This document shows, one piece after another, positions 10,246 to 21,807 of a stretch of DNA of 64,000 bases. The DNA comes from an uncultured Gammaproteobacteria bacterium (GTDB lineage Bacteria; Pseudomonadota; Gammaproteobacteria; Steroidobacterales; Woeseiaceae). The stretch spans positions 72,192 through 136,191 of the forward strand of contig CAVQIY010000001.1 in the NCBI GenBank assembly GCA_963712755.1, read 5' to 3'. The number at the start of each line of letters is the position of its first letter. Position 1 is the stretch's first letter. Below the pieces are notes generated by a model. It had not been told where the DNA came from, did not search any database, and saw only the letters and a list, made by a program, of their open reading frames with translations. The position numbers and the translations under genes are program-made.

Positions 10246-11022
10246 TCAGGTGCGTCGCTTCTTGGCGGCGCGCCACTCCCGCTCCAGCGACTCCAGGTTG
10301 TGATCCCGGAACCGGCCGCCCGATTCGCGGATCGCGCGCTCCATCTCGCCGAAGCGCCGCTCGAACTTGCCGTTGGCGGCCGCCAGGGCCTTTTCGGCGT
10401 CGACATCGAGGTGCCGCGCGAGATTGACGACCGCGAACAGCAGGTCGCCGAACTCCTCCTCGACCCGCGCCGGGTCCCGTGTGCCCAGGGCCTCTCCGAG
10501 TTCCTCGAACTCCTCCGCGATCTTCGCGCGCACGCCGTCGGCGTCGGGCCAGTCGAAACCGACGGTGGCCGCCCGCTTGCCGAGCTTCTGTGCCCGCTTC
10601 AGCGCCGGCAGCGCCCTGGCGACGCCCGCGAGCACGCGCTCCTCGCTGCCGCCGCGCTCGTCCGCCTTGATGCGTTCCCAGCTGCCCGCCGTGAGGCCCG
10701 CGGCCCGCTCGGCCGCCGAGCCGAACACGTGGGGGTGCCGGCGCAGCAACTTGTCGCAGATGGCATCGACGACATCGCCGAACTCGAACGCACCGGCCTC
10801 CTTGCCCATGCGCGCATGGAAGACCACCTGGAACAACAGGTCGCCCAGCTCGTCGCAGAGGCCCGGCATGTCCTGCCGCTCGATCGCGTCGGCCACTTCG
10901 TACGCCTCTTCGATGGTGTGCGGCGCGATCGTCGCGAAATCCTGCTCGAGGTCCCACGGACAGCCCGTGTCGGGATCGCGGAGGCTGTCCATTATGTCGA
11001 GTAGTTTCTTGATATCACTCAT
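10246..11022 (-). CDS. mazG: nucleoside triphosphate pyrophosphohydrolase MazG
   Basis: 258 aa. LRDPDTGCPWDLEQDFATIAPHTIEEAYEVADAIE plus a second EExxE repeat (EEFGDLLF) give the tandem MazG domains. Confidence 0.9.
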   Translation of the reverse strand: MSDIKKLLDIMDSLRDPDTGCPWDLEQDFATIAPHTIEEAYEVADAIERQDMPGLCDELGDLLFQVVFHARMGKEAGAFEFGDVVDAICDKLLRRHPHVFGSAAERAAGLTAGSWERIKADERGGSEERVLAGVARALPALKRAQKLGKRAATVGFDWPDADGVRAKIAEEFEELGEALGTRDPARVEEEFGDLLFAVVNLARHLDVDAEKALAAANGKFERRFGEMERAIRESGGRFRDHNLESLEREWRAAKKRRT

Positions 11023-11028
11023 ATATTA

Positions 11029-11664
11029 TTATTTTATCAATAGTTTTCTAAGCTCAACAAGAATGTGGGCCGTGGCCCCCCAGATGCGCTCGCCGCCGTA
11101 GTGGAACTCCACCGTGGGTATCCGCCGGCCGCGGTACTCGCGCTCCAGCGCGCGCTCGTTGCGCGCATCGAGCAGGAACGCCAGCGGCACCTCGAAGGCG
11201 TATTCGACCTCGGTGCGATCGATCCGCAGCGGGATATCGTCGCTGACCAGGCCGACCACGGCCGTGACGGCATAGCCCGTGACCGTCGGCATCGGCGGCA
11301 GGTAGCCGACGACGGCGATGGCCTGCGGCGGGATACCGACCTCCTCGTGGGTCTCCCGCAACGCGGCCTGCACGACGTCCGCATCGTGCGCTTCCATGCG
11401 CCCCCCGGGGAAGCTGACCTGCCCCGCATGGTGTTTGAGTTCGGCGGATCGCTGCGTGAGCAGGACGGACAGCCCGTCGAGCCGTTCGATCACCGGGACC
11501 AGTACCCCCGCGGGCCGCAGCGTGCGCGCCACGCGCTCGCGCACGAGCTCCGGCCAGCGCTCGCTGCCCGCCGGCATCACGACGTCGAAGGGGTCGTCCG
11601 GCGCACGGGTCCCGGCCAGCCGCTCCTGGAGCAGTGCCGCGGTGAGTGCGTCGGGACTGGGCAA
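11029..11664 (-). CDS. nudL: NUDIX CoA pyrophosphatase
   Basis: 211 aa. LLTQRSAELKHHAGQVSFPGGRMEAHDADVVQAALRETHEEVGI combines the NUDIX box with the upstream LLTxR...GQxxFPGG CoA-pyrophosphatase signature. Confidence 0.75.
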   Translation of the reverse strand: MPSPDALTAALLQERLAGTRAPDDPFDVVMPAGSERWPELVRERVARTLRPAGVLVPVIERLDGLSVLLTQRSAELKHHAGQVSFPGGRMEAHDADVVQAALRETHEEVGIPPQAIAVVGYLPPMPTVTGYAVTAVVGLVSDDIPLRIDRTEVEYAFEVPLAFLLDARNERALEREYRGRRIPTVEFHYGGERIWGATAHILVELRKLLIK

Positions 11665-11672
11665 AACCGGCG

Positions 11673-13061
11673 CTAGTGCTGGATGCCGCCCCTGGTCAGC
11701 GCGGCCGGGTCCAGCAGGCGATCCAGTTCCTCGTCGGTCAGGTCGGTCATCTCCTTCGCAACCTCTTTCACGGCCCGCCCTTCCGCGTAGGCTTTCTTGG
11801 CGACGGCCGCACCCAGTTCGTAGCCGATCACGGGGTTGAGCGCCGTCACGAGGATGGGATTCCGCCCCAGCGCGCGGTTGATATTGGCCTCGTTGACCGT
11901 GAAGCCCCGGATCGCCTTGTCGGCGAGGCAGGTCGATGCGTTGGCGAGCAACTCGATGCTCTGCAGCAGGTTGTAGGCAACGACGGGCAGCATCACGTTG
12001 AGCTGGAAATTACCCGACTGTCCGCCGATGGCGATCGTTGCGTCGTTGCCGATGACCTGCGCGCAGACCATGGCGACCGCTTCCGGGATGACCGGGTTGA
12101 CCTTGCCGGGCATGATGCTGGAGCCCGGCTGCAGCGCCGGCAATTCGATCTCGCCGATGCCGGCCAGCGGCCCGGAGTTCATCCAGCGCAGGTCGTTGGC
12201 GATCTTGGTCAGGCTGACCGCGAGCACCCGCAGCTGGCCCGACATCTCGACCGCCGCGTCCTGGCTGCTCAGCGCCTCGAACTTCGACGTTGCCGGGGCG
12301 AACTTGACGCCGGTATGCTCCGAGAGCAGCACGGCCACTTTTTCGCCGAATTTCGGGTGTGCGTTGATACCCGTGCCGACGGCGGTACCGCCCTGCGCGA
12401 GGCACACGAGGCGCTTCAGCGAGCCGCGGATGCGTTCGCCGCCATGCTCGATCTGCGATCGCCAGCCGTCAAGTTCCTGGCCGAGCGTCACGGGCATGGC
12501 ATCCATCAGGTGGGTGCGGCCGGTCTTCACGACGTCGCGCAACTCGTCCGCCCTGGTCTCGAGCACGCCGCCGAGGTGTTCGAGTGCAGGCAGCAACTGC
12601 TGCTGGATGGCGATCGCGGCACTCACGTGAACGCAGGTCGGGATCACGTCGTTGCTCGACTGGCTCATGTTGACGTGATCGTTGGGATGCACCGCGGCAC
12701 CGAGCTTCCCGGTGGCGAGATGCGCGATGACCTCGTTCGCGTTCATATTGGAGCTCGTGCCGGAACCGGTCTGGAACACGTCGATCGGGAAGTGCGCGTC
12801 GTACTGGCCTTCGGCGACCTCCAGCGCAGCCTTCTGCACGGCCACGGCAACTTCGCTCTTCATCAGGCCGAGCTCCGCATTGGCGCCGGCGGCCGCCCAC
12901 TTGACCAGCCCGAGCGCCGCGATGAACTGCCGCGGCATGGTGAGGCCGCTGATCGGGAAATTGTCCACAGCGCGCTGTGTCTGTGCGCCCCACAACGCGT
13001 CCTCGGGCACCTGGAGTTCACCCATGCTGTCGTGTTCTATGCGGTATTTTTTGTCGTTCAT
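11673..13061 (-). CDS. fumC: class II fumarate hydratase (fumarase/aspartase superfamily)
   Basis: 462 aa. LWGAQTQRA, QTGSGTSSNMNANEV and GSSIMPGKVNP are present. The N-terminal and QTGSGT motifs are fumarase-like, while the PVIPE segment is more aspartase-like, so substrate specificity is not certain. Confidence 0.7.
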   Translation of the reverse strand: MNDKKYRIEHDSMGELQVPEDALWGAQTQRAVDNFPISGLTMPRQFIAALGLVKWAAAGANAELGLMKSEVAVAVQKAALEVAEGQYDAHFPIDVFQTGSGTSSNMNANEVIAHLATGKLGAAVHPNDHVNMSQSSNDVIPTCVHVSAAIAIQQQLLPALEHLGGVLETRADELRDVVKTGRTHLMDAMPVTLGQELDGWRSQIEHGGERIRGSLKRLVCLAQGGTAVGTGINAHPKFGEKVAVLLSEHTGVKFAPATSKFEALSSQDAAVEMSGQLRVLAVSLTKIANDLRWMNSGPLAGIGEIELPALQPGSSIMPGKVNPVIPEAVAMVCAQVIGNDATIAIGGQSGNFQLNVMLPVVAYNLLQSIELLANASTCLADKAIRGFTVNEANINRALGRNPILVTALNPVIGYELGAAVAKKAYAEGRAVKEVAKEMTDLTDEELDRLLDPAALTRGGIQH

Positions 13062-13167
13062 CGTCTTGATATCCCGGCGTGGTTCGTAGAAATTCGGGTC
13101 TGGGCTACGGTAACAATCGTGTATGATTCGCGCTTTGCGCGCGCAAGTCTACACTGGTTTCGGTCTC

Positions 13168-14535
13168 ATGAAAGTCTCGACACTCAAGGCCCTGTCGCCA
13201 GCCGACGGCCGCTACGCGGACAAGGTCGGCGACCTGCGCGACATCTTCTCGGAATACGGCCTGATCCGCTTCCGCGTGCTTGTCGAAGTCCGCTGGCTGC
13301 AGGCGCTCGCGGACGAAAAGGCCATCACCGAAGTCGGCACGCCGGGCCCGCTGCTGAAAGACCTGCTCAACAGCATCGTGGACGACTTCTCGCTCGACGA
13401 TGCGGAGCGCGTCAAGAAGATCGAGGCAACGACGAACCACGACGTCAAGGCCGTCGAGTATTTCATCCGCGAGAAGCTCGGCGACGGCACCGACACCGCG
13501 GCGCTCAGGGATTTCCTGCATTTCGGCTGTACGTCGGAAGACATCAACAACGTCGCCTACGCGCTGATGCTGCGCACCGCGCGCAGCCAGGTGCTCGTCC
13601 CGCTGATGCGCGAATTGAAAGCGAAACTGCAGTCCATGGCGCGCCAGCACGCCGACCTTGCCATGCTGTCCCGGACCCACGGGCAGCCGGCGAGCCCCAC
13701 GACGCTCGGCAAGGAAATCGCCAATTTCGTGAAGCGGCTGGAAACGGCGCAGCGGCAATTCGGCAGCGTCGGGATTCGCGCCAAGTTCAACGGCGCGGTC
13801 GGCAACTTCAACGCGCACGTGATCGCGTACCCCGACGCGGACTGGCGCGCCATCAGCACGCGCTTCATCGAGTCGCTGGGGCTGGAACCCAATTCGCACA
13901 CGACGCAAATCGAGCCGCACGACTGGACCGCGGAATACGCGCACGCGGTCGCGCGCTACGACACGATTCTCATCGACCTGTGCCGGGATATCTGGAGCTA
14001 CATCTCGCTCGGTTACTTCAGGCAGCGAGTCGCGCGCGACGAAGTCGGTTCGTCGACGATGCCGCACAAGGTCAACCCGATCGATTTCGAAAATGCGGAG
14101 GGCAACCTCGGCATGGCGAACGCGCTGCTCGGGCATTTCGCGGACAAGCTGCCCGTGTCGCGCTGGCAGCGCGACCTCACCGACTCGACGGTGCAGCGCA
14201 ACTTCGGTGTCGCGCTCGGTTACGTGGTGATTGCGATGCGCTCCGCGCTGAAAGGCATCGACAAGCTGCAGGTCAACCCCGAAGCGATCCGGGCGGACAT
14301 CGCCGACGCCTGGGAACTGCTCGCCGAGGCCGTGCAGACCGTCATGCGGCGCCACGGTATTCCCGAACCCTACGAGAAACTCAAGGCACTGACGCGCGGC
14401 CGGGCTGTCACCGAGGACCTGATCCGGGACTTCATCCGCACGCTCGATATCCCCGCGCCGGAAAAAGCCCGCCTGCTGGCGCTGACGCCGGAATCCTACC
14501 TGGGACTTGCCGCGGAACTGGCGCGCGATTGCTGA
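13168..14535 (+). CDS. purB: adenylosuccinate lyase
   Basis: Lies in ORF 13123..14535. From the internal Met, MKVSTLKALSPADGRYADKVGDLRDIFSEYGLIRFRVLVEVRWLQALA aligns closely with the enterobacterial PurB N-terminus as I recall it. SSTMPHKVNP is the signature loop. Confidence 0.9.
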   Translation: MKVSTLKALSPADGRYADKVGDLRDIFSEYGLIRFRVLVEVRWLQALADEKAITEVGTPGPLLKDLLNSIVDDFSLDDAERVKKIEATTNHDVKAVEYFIREKLGDGTDTAALRDFLHFGCTSEDINNVAYALMLRTARSQVLVPLMRELKAKLQSMARQHADLAMLSRTHGQPASPTTLGKEIANFVKRLETAQRQFGSVGIRAKFNGAVGNFNAHVIAYPDADWRAISTRFIESLGLEPNSHTTQIEPHDWTAEYAHAVARYDTILIDLCRDIWSYISLGYFRQRVARDEVGSSTMPHKVNPIDFENAEGNLGMANALLGHFADKLPVSRWQRDLTDSTVQRNFGVALGYVVIAMRSALKGIDKLQVNPEAIRADIADAWELLAEAVQTVMRRHGIPEPYEKLKALTRGRAVTEDLIRDFIRTLDIPAPEKARLLALTPESYLGLAAELARDC

Positions 14536-14793
14536 ATCGGGCGGCGCAATTGCGCCCGGATTCCCACTCTTGGCCATGCAGCGTGATATGTGAACTCCCC
14601 GCGGCCGCGGAAAAATGCCGCCGATCGGTCTGAAACCCATACCCGGTGAGGATTGCGAACGATTCGCAAACGGCCGCGAGGCTTGTAAAACGTGACGCAG
14701 TTGGCACGGTGCCCGTTGTACGATCGGTAAGATGAATACCCTGCGACCGGTTTCGGTAGCGCAGCCACGACAAGGGTACGGCAGCCGCAAGCG

Positions 14794-15291
14794 ATGGAAG
14801 AAGTACGGGAGAAAGGCAGACGCTGGGTGATCTCCACGCGCGAGGAGATGCGCCAGGCCGTCGTCGACGTTGCCCGCGAGGCAACGCGACGAGTGTCCAT
14901 TTTCACCCACGACCTCGAGCCCGGCATCTACGACGACCCCGAATTCCTGGAGGTCATCAAGCGGCTGGTGCTGTCGCAGGCGTACGCGAGAATCCGCGTG
15001 CTGATCGCCGACCCCGCGCGCGCGATCAAGAACGGCAACAACTTCGTTCACCTGGGGCGCCGCCTCAACACCTATATCGAATTCCGCCACGTGCGCGAGG
15101 ACCTGCGCACGCATGCCGAGTCGTTCTGCATCGCGGACGAAACGGCGCTCGTGTACCGCTTGCAGGCGAGCCGCTGGGAGGGCATCGCCGACACCCACGA
15201 GCCGGCGGTCGCCAGGCTCTACGGCAAGATGTTCGACGAGATCTGGCTGGCGAGCGAAGTGGAACTGGAATTCAGGCAGCTGGGCATCTAG
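14794..15291 (+). CDS. conserved hypothetical protein (no family recognised; weak PLD-like HxE...D resemblance only)
   Basis: 165 aa with GC-rich third positions consistent with coding. It sits between purB and the NUDIX/mnmA genes on the same strand. Confidence 0.5.
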   Translation: MEEVREKGRRWVISTREEMRQAVVDVAREATRRVSIFTHDLEPGIYDDPEFLEVIKRLVLSQAYARIRVLIADPARAIKNGNNFVHLGRRLNTYIEFRHVREDLRTHAESFCIADETALVYRLQASRWEGIADTHEPAVARLYGKMFDEIWLASEVELEFRQLGI

Positions 15292-15311
15292 ACAAGACCA
15301 AGAAGCCAGGG

Positions 15312-15803
15312 ATGCAACCAACGGATCTGACTGTATCTGCCGTCGTCCAGCGTGACGGCCTGTACCTGATGGTGGAGGAAATCGCCGCGGGCGCCGTCGT
15401 GCTGAACCAGCCCGGCGGGCACCTCGAAGCCGGCGAATCGCCCGAGCAAGCCGTCGTACGCGAGGTCCGCGAGGAGACCGGCTGCGACGTCACCTGCGGC
15501 GAACTCATCGGTGTGTACCTCTGGATTCACCCCCAGACCCGCCAGCAGTTCCTGCGGATCGTCTACGTCGCGACCCTCGTCAAGGAAGACCGTGCGCGAC
15601 CGCTCGATGACGTCATCGTCGCGAGGCGCTGGCTGAGTCGCGCGGATATCGAGTACCGGCGCCGCAGCCTGCGGTCGCCGGTCGTGCAGCGTTGCATCCA
15701 GGACTTCGAAGCGGGACGGCGCCAGTCGGATTCCCTGTTCTCCGGCATGCTGCCGCTGCAGCACAACGTGCACGCGGTGCTGGCCAGCGCGGACCTGGTC
15801 TGA
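15312..15803 (+). CDS. NUDIX hydrolase
   Basis: 163 aa with the NUDIX box GGHLEAGESPEQAVVREVREETG. Confidence 0.85.
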   Translation: MQPTDLTVSAVVQRDGLYLMVEEIAAGAVVLNQPGGHLEAGESPEQAVVREVREETGCDVTCGELIGVYLWIHPQTRQQFLRIVYVATLVKEDRARPLDDVIVARRWLSRADIEYRRRSLRSPVVQRCIQDFEAGRRQSDSLFSGMLPLQHNVHAVLASADLV

Positions 15804-15861
15804 GGCGTCGATCGCGGTCCCGGGCCCGCTCCTGCAGCGGCGATGGTAGAATGCGCCGCCT

Positions 15862-17011
15862 ATGGCGCACGACCTGACCAACATCGCCGGACGCAAAGTC
15901 ATCCTCGGCCTTTCGGGCGGGGTCGATTCGGCCGTGGCCGCGTTCCTGCTCAGCGAAGCGGGCGCCGACGTCGAAGCCCTGCACATGACCAACTGGGAAG
16001 ACGATGACGGCTACTGCTCGGCCGCCCTGGACCTGCAGGACGCGCGCCGCGTCTGCGACCGGCTCGGCATTCCCCTGCACCACGTCAACTTCGCGAAACA
16101 GTACCGCGAGCGGGTGTTCGAGTACTTCCTCGACGAGTACCGCAGCGGCCGCACGCCCAACCCGGACGTGCTCTGCAACCGTGAAATCAAGTTCGGCGTG
16201 TTCCGCGACTATGCGAAGCGCCTCGGCGGCGAACTGCTGGCCACCGGCCATTACGCCCGCGTCGCGAGCGTGGACGGCACGGCTGCACTGCTGAAGGCGA
16301 GGGACGGCAACAAGGACCAGAGCTATTTCCTGCACGCGGTGAGCGCCGAGGCACTCGCGGAAACCGTTTTCCCGCTGGGCGACCTCGACAAGGCCGAGGT
16401 GCGCCGGATCGCCAGGGCGCAGGGCCTGGCCGTGCACGACAAGAAGGACAGCACCGGCATCTGCTTCATCGGCGAGCGGCCGTTCCGCGAGTTCCTGGCA
16501 GAGCTTTCTGCCGGCCCGGCCCGGCCCCATCCTGGCGCCGGACGGCACCGAGGTCGGCCGCCACCACGGCCTGATGTACTACACCCTCGGGCAGCGGCAG
16601 GGCCTCGGCATCGGCGGCCGCCGTGACGCGGGCGACGCGCCGTGGTACGTGGTGGACAAGGACACCGCGCAGAACGCGCTCATCGTCGACCAGGGCGACA
16701 CGCCGCTGCTGTTCTGCGATGCATTGGTCGCGGGCGCGCCGTCCTGGATCGGCCGCGAGCCGGGCTGCCTGGACGCCGGGCTGCGCTGCACGGCCAGGAT
16801 CCGCTACCGGCAGCGCGACCAGGACTGCACGGTGCGGCGCGCACTCGACGATCGTCTAATGGTGGCGTTCGACGCGCCGCAACGCGCCGCCGCCCCCGGC
16901 CAATTTATCGTTTTCTATCAAGATGATCGGTGTCTCGGCGGCGCCGTCATCGAGGCCGTGGACAAGCGCCGCCGGCGCGTGGAGGACGCGGCCGAGGCGG
17001 CATTTTCCTGA
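15862..17011 (+). pseudogene. mnmA: tRNA 2-thiouridine(34) synthase MnmA, interrupted by a +1 frameshift near 16498-16507 (true pseudogene or assembly indel)
   Basis: ORF 15862..16626 carries the PP-loop [10 protein letters not shown] through [14 protein letters not shown] 16574..17011 and its upstream frame read [38 protein letters not shown]. Removing one base in GCAGAGCTTT joins them into a 382-aa protein collinear with MnmA. Confidence 0.85.
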
Positions 17012-17032
17012 GCGCTGCTATGCAGCATTCGC

Positions 17033-17038
17033 TATAAT
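17033..17038 (+). promoter_or_regulatory. possible -10 hexamer (TATAAT) upstream of acnA, followed by the ACGGGG/CCCCGT leader hairpin
   Basis: There is an exact TATAAT 58 nt upstream of the acnA ATG, but no convincing -35. The hairpin at about 17046-17065 would lie in the 5' UTR. Confidence 0.3.
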
Positions 17039-17095
17039 CCGCGACCCCACGGGGTGCGAGCCCCGTACGAAAAACAAGACTCCGGAGACACACAC

Positions 17096-19751
<2,656 letters not shown>

Positions 19752-19759
<8 letters not shown>

Positions 19760-20486
19760 CCTGCCGGAATCGCTGCTGCAGTCGCTGCGGGACGCACGCC
19801 ACGTCTGCGTCCTGACGGGGGCCGGCATCTCCGCGGAAAGCGGCGTGCCGACGTTTCGGGAGGCGCAGACCGGCCTGTGGGAGCAGTACGACCCGCTGCA
19901 ACTCGCCACGCCGGACGCTTTCGTCCGCGACCCGGCGCTGGTGTGGCGCTGGTACCGGTGGCGGCGTGAACTCGTCGCCAGCGCCGCACCGAACGCCGGC
20001 CACCGCGCCCTTGCGACGCTGCAGTCGCTGGTCCCCCGGCTGACGCTGGTCACCCAGAACGTCGACGGCCTGCACCAGCGCGCCGGCAGCCGCGACGTCA
20101 TCGAGTTCCACGGCAACCTGTTCGCCAATCGTTGCTTCGCGGACGGCCGCATCGTCGCGGCGGGCGCGGACGACACGCCCGTGCCGCGATGCCCGGATTG
20201 CGGCGATTACCTGCGCCCGGGCGTGGTCTGGTTCGGCGAGCCGATCCCGGATGACGCCCTGAACCCATCGTTCGCGGCAGCCGCGGACTGCGACGTATTC
20301 CTGTCCGTCGGCACGTCGTCGCTCGTGTATCCGGCGGCGGGACTGGCCGATATCGCGGTGGAATCCGGCGCGGTGACGCTCGAGGTGAACCCGAGCCCGA
20401 CGGACCGGTCAGACACCTTCACGGCAAGCCTGCGCGGCAATGCGGGGGTCGTGCTGCCGAAACTGGTAGAATCGCTGGCCCGATAA
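19752..20486 (+). CDS. cobB: NAD-dependent protein deacylase (sirtuin, CobB type); start codon uncertain (no ATG/GTG/TTG upstream of the essential GAGIS motif)
   Basis: The track ORF starts at GTG 19845 (MPTFREAQ). The same frame is open from 19743 and encodes [31 protein letters not shown], the sirtuin NAD-binding motif. Other motifs are the catalytic HGNLF and zinc-site CPDCG. GAGG at 19741-19744 lies 7 nt before CTG 19752. Confidence 0.75.
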
Positions 20487-20506
20487 ACAGCCGTTACGAG
20501 CCCGTC

Positions 20507-21508
20507 GTGAATCAGAAATCCGCCGCAAGTCTCCTGTCCCGGTTCCGCTGGACCAAGATCGTCGCCGTATCCCTCGGCGTCGTGTTCCTGTTGCTGGTGA
20601 TGCTCGGGATGTACTGGTCGCCCATGCCCAGGCTGTTCTGGGTCAACGAGTACGTGGACGACAAGCGCAGCGTGGTCGGGTTCTCCACGACGGATACGCT
20701 GATCCGCGTCGCCGAGACGCTGCTGGACAAGCCCGGCGGCTACATCACCAACGACAGGTTTCCGCCCGGCCTGTGGCTCGACAACATGCCGAACTGGGAG
20801 AAAGGCATCGTCACGCAGATGCGCGACCTGTCCCGGGCGATTCGCAACGATTTCAGCCGCAGCCAGTCACAGTCGAAGGAAGATCCCGACGTCGTCGAGG
20901 CGGTCGAGAAGTTCTTCTCCGAGAGCAACTCGTGGATGTTCCCGCCCACGGAGCGGCGCTACCGGGAAGGCATCAAGGCGCTGTCCCGCTACCAGAGCCG
21001 GCTTACCGGCGCCGCCGAGCCCGAAGCGCAGTTCTATGCGCGCGCCGACAACCTGCGCGAATGGCTTGCGGAGGTGGAGAAGCGCCTTGGCAGCACGTCG
21101 CGACGCCTCGGCAACAGCGTTGCTGCCGACGTCATCAACGAGGGACTGGCCGGCGATCCGTCGGCCGAGGCCGCGCAGCGTCAGCCCGACACGATCGACG
21201 TGAGGACCCCGTGGCTGCAGCTGGACGACGTCTTTTTCGAGGCGCGCGGCACCGCCTGGGCGCTGCTGCATTTCTTCCGCGCCGTGGAATTCGACTTCTC
21301 GCAGGTACTCGCCGACAAGAACGCCGAAGCCAGCGTGCGACAGATCATCCGGGAACTCGAGGCAAGCCTCGAACCGATGCGCTGGCCGGTAGTCCTGAAC
21401 GGCGGCGGCTACGGCCTGACCGCCAATCACTCGCTGGTCATGGCGAACTACCTCGCGCGCGCCAACGCCGCGGTCATCAACCTGCGCGAACTGCTCGATC
21501 AGGGCTGA
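20507..21508 (+). CDS. DUF2333-like membrane-anchored protein
   Basis: 333 aa with a GTG start and one N-terminal TM helix. The overall sequence (DKPGGYITNDRFPPGLWLDNMPNWEKG) matches my recollection of the DUF2333 family; no search was run. Confidence 0.6.
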   Translation: MNQKSAASLLSRFRWTKIVAVSLGVVFLLLVMLGMYWSPMPRLFWVNEYVDDKRSVVGFSTTDTLIRVAETLLDKPGGYITNDRFPPGLWLDNMPNWEKGIVTQMRDLSRAIRNDFSRSQSQSKEDPDVVEAVEKFFSESNSWMFPPTERRYREGIKALSRYQSRLTGAAEPEAQFYARADNLREWLAEVEKRLGSTSRRLGNSVAADVINEGLAGDPSAEAAQRQPDTIDVRTPWLQLDDVFFEARGTAWALLHFFRAVEFDFSQVLADKNAEASVRQIIRELEASLEPMRWPVVLNGGGYGLTANHSLVMANYLARANAAVINLRELLDQG

Positions 21509-21684
21509 AGCGCCGCGACGACCGCATCGTCCGCAGCTGCCGGTTCGAGTTGCTCGACCTCGACCCGGATCATTGCCGCCAGTTCAGCGGCGCTCAGTAT
21601 CGCCGGCGGCTCGTTAGCGGCGCAGCCGCCGAGACCCGAGAGCGCCGCGGCCAGGAAAGCCGCGGCCACACGTCCTGTGTTCAT
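21499..21684 (-). CDS. small lipoprotein (61 aa precursor)
   Basis: GGAGG lies 7 nt upstream of the ATG. There is a signal peptide with the lipobox LSGLGG-C. The gene is convergent with, and overlaps, the DUF2333 3' end by 10 nt. Confidence 0.6.
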   Translation of the reverse strand: MNTGRVAAAFLAAALSGLGGCAANEPPAILSAAELAAMIRVEVEQLEPAAADDAVVAALQP

Positions 21685-21778
21685 CGTCGCACCTCCGTGT
21701 CGGTTTCGTCGTCACATTGTCTGCTCAACGCGCCCGACCGGCGTCGGTTGACAGACCCGGGCTAATTCTCGAATTTGT

Positions 21779-21807
21779 CTTATAAATATTGATTAAATAT
21801 TTGTTAA
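21779..21807 (-). promoter_or_regulatory. candidate sigma70 promoter for the small lipoprotein gene inside an extremely AT-rich island
   Basis: The minus strand reads TTAACA-17 nt-TATAAG. The spacer contains the inverted repeat AAATATT-taatc-AATATTT. The -35 overlaps the ygjP-like stop codon. Confidence 0.35.

Noticed and set aside
9548-10957. 469-aa ORF that appears to span the glycine-zipper gene and mazG antisense region.
   Set aside because: Only the last 184 codons, from MNTKAMNV at 10102, have a signal peptide, an RBS and a recognisable domain. The upstream part is an out-of-frame read of the mazG region.
14652-14668. PurR box downstream of purB.
   Set aside because: The palindrome has an odd 3-nt centre and differs from the ACGCAAACGTTTGCGT-type PUR box. 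It also lies downstream of purB, not upstream.
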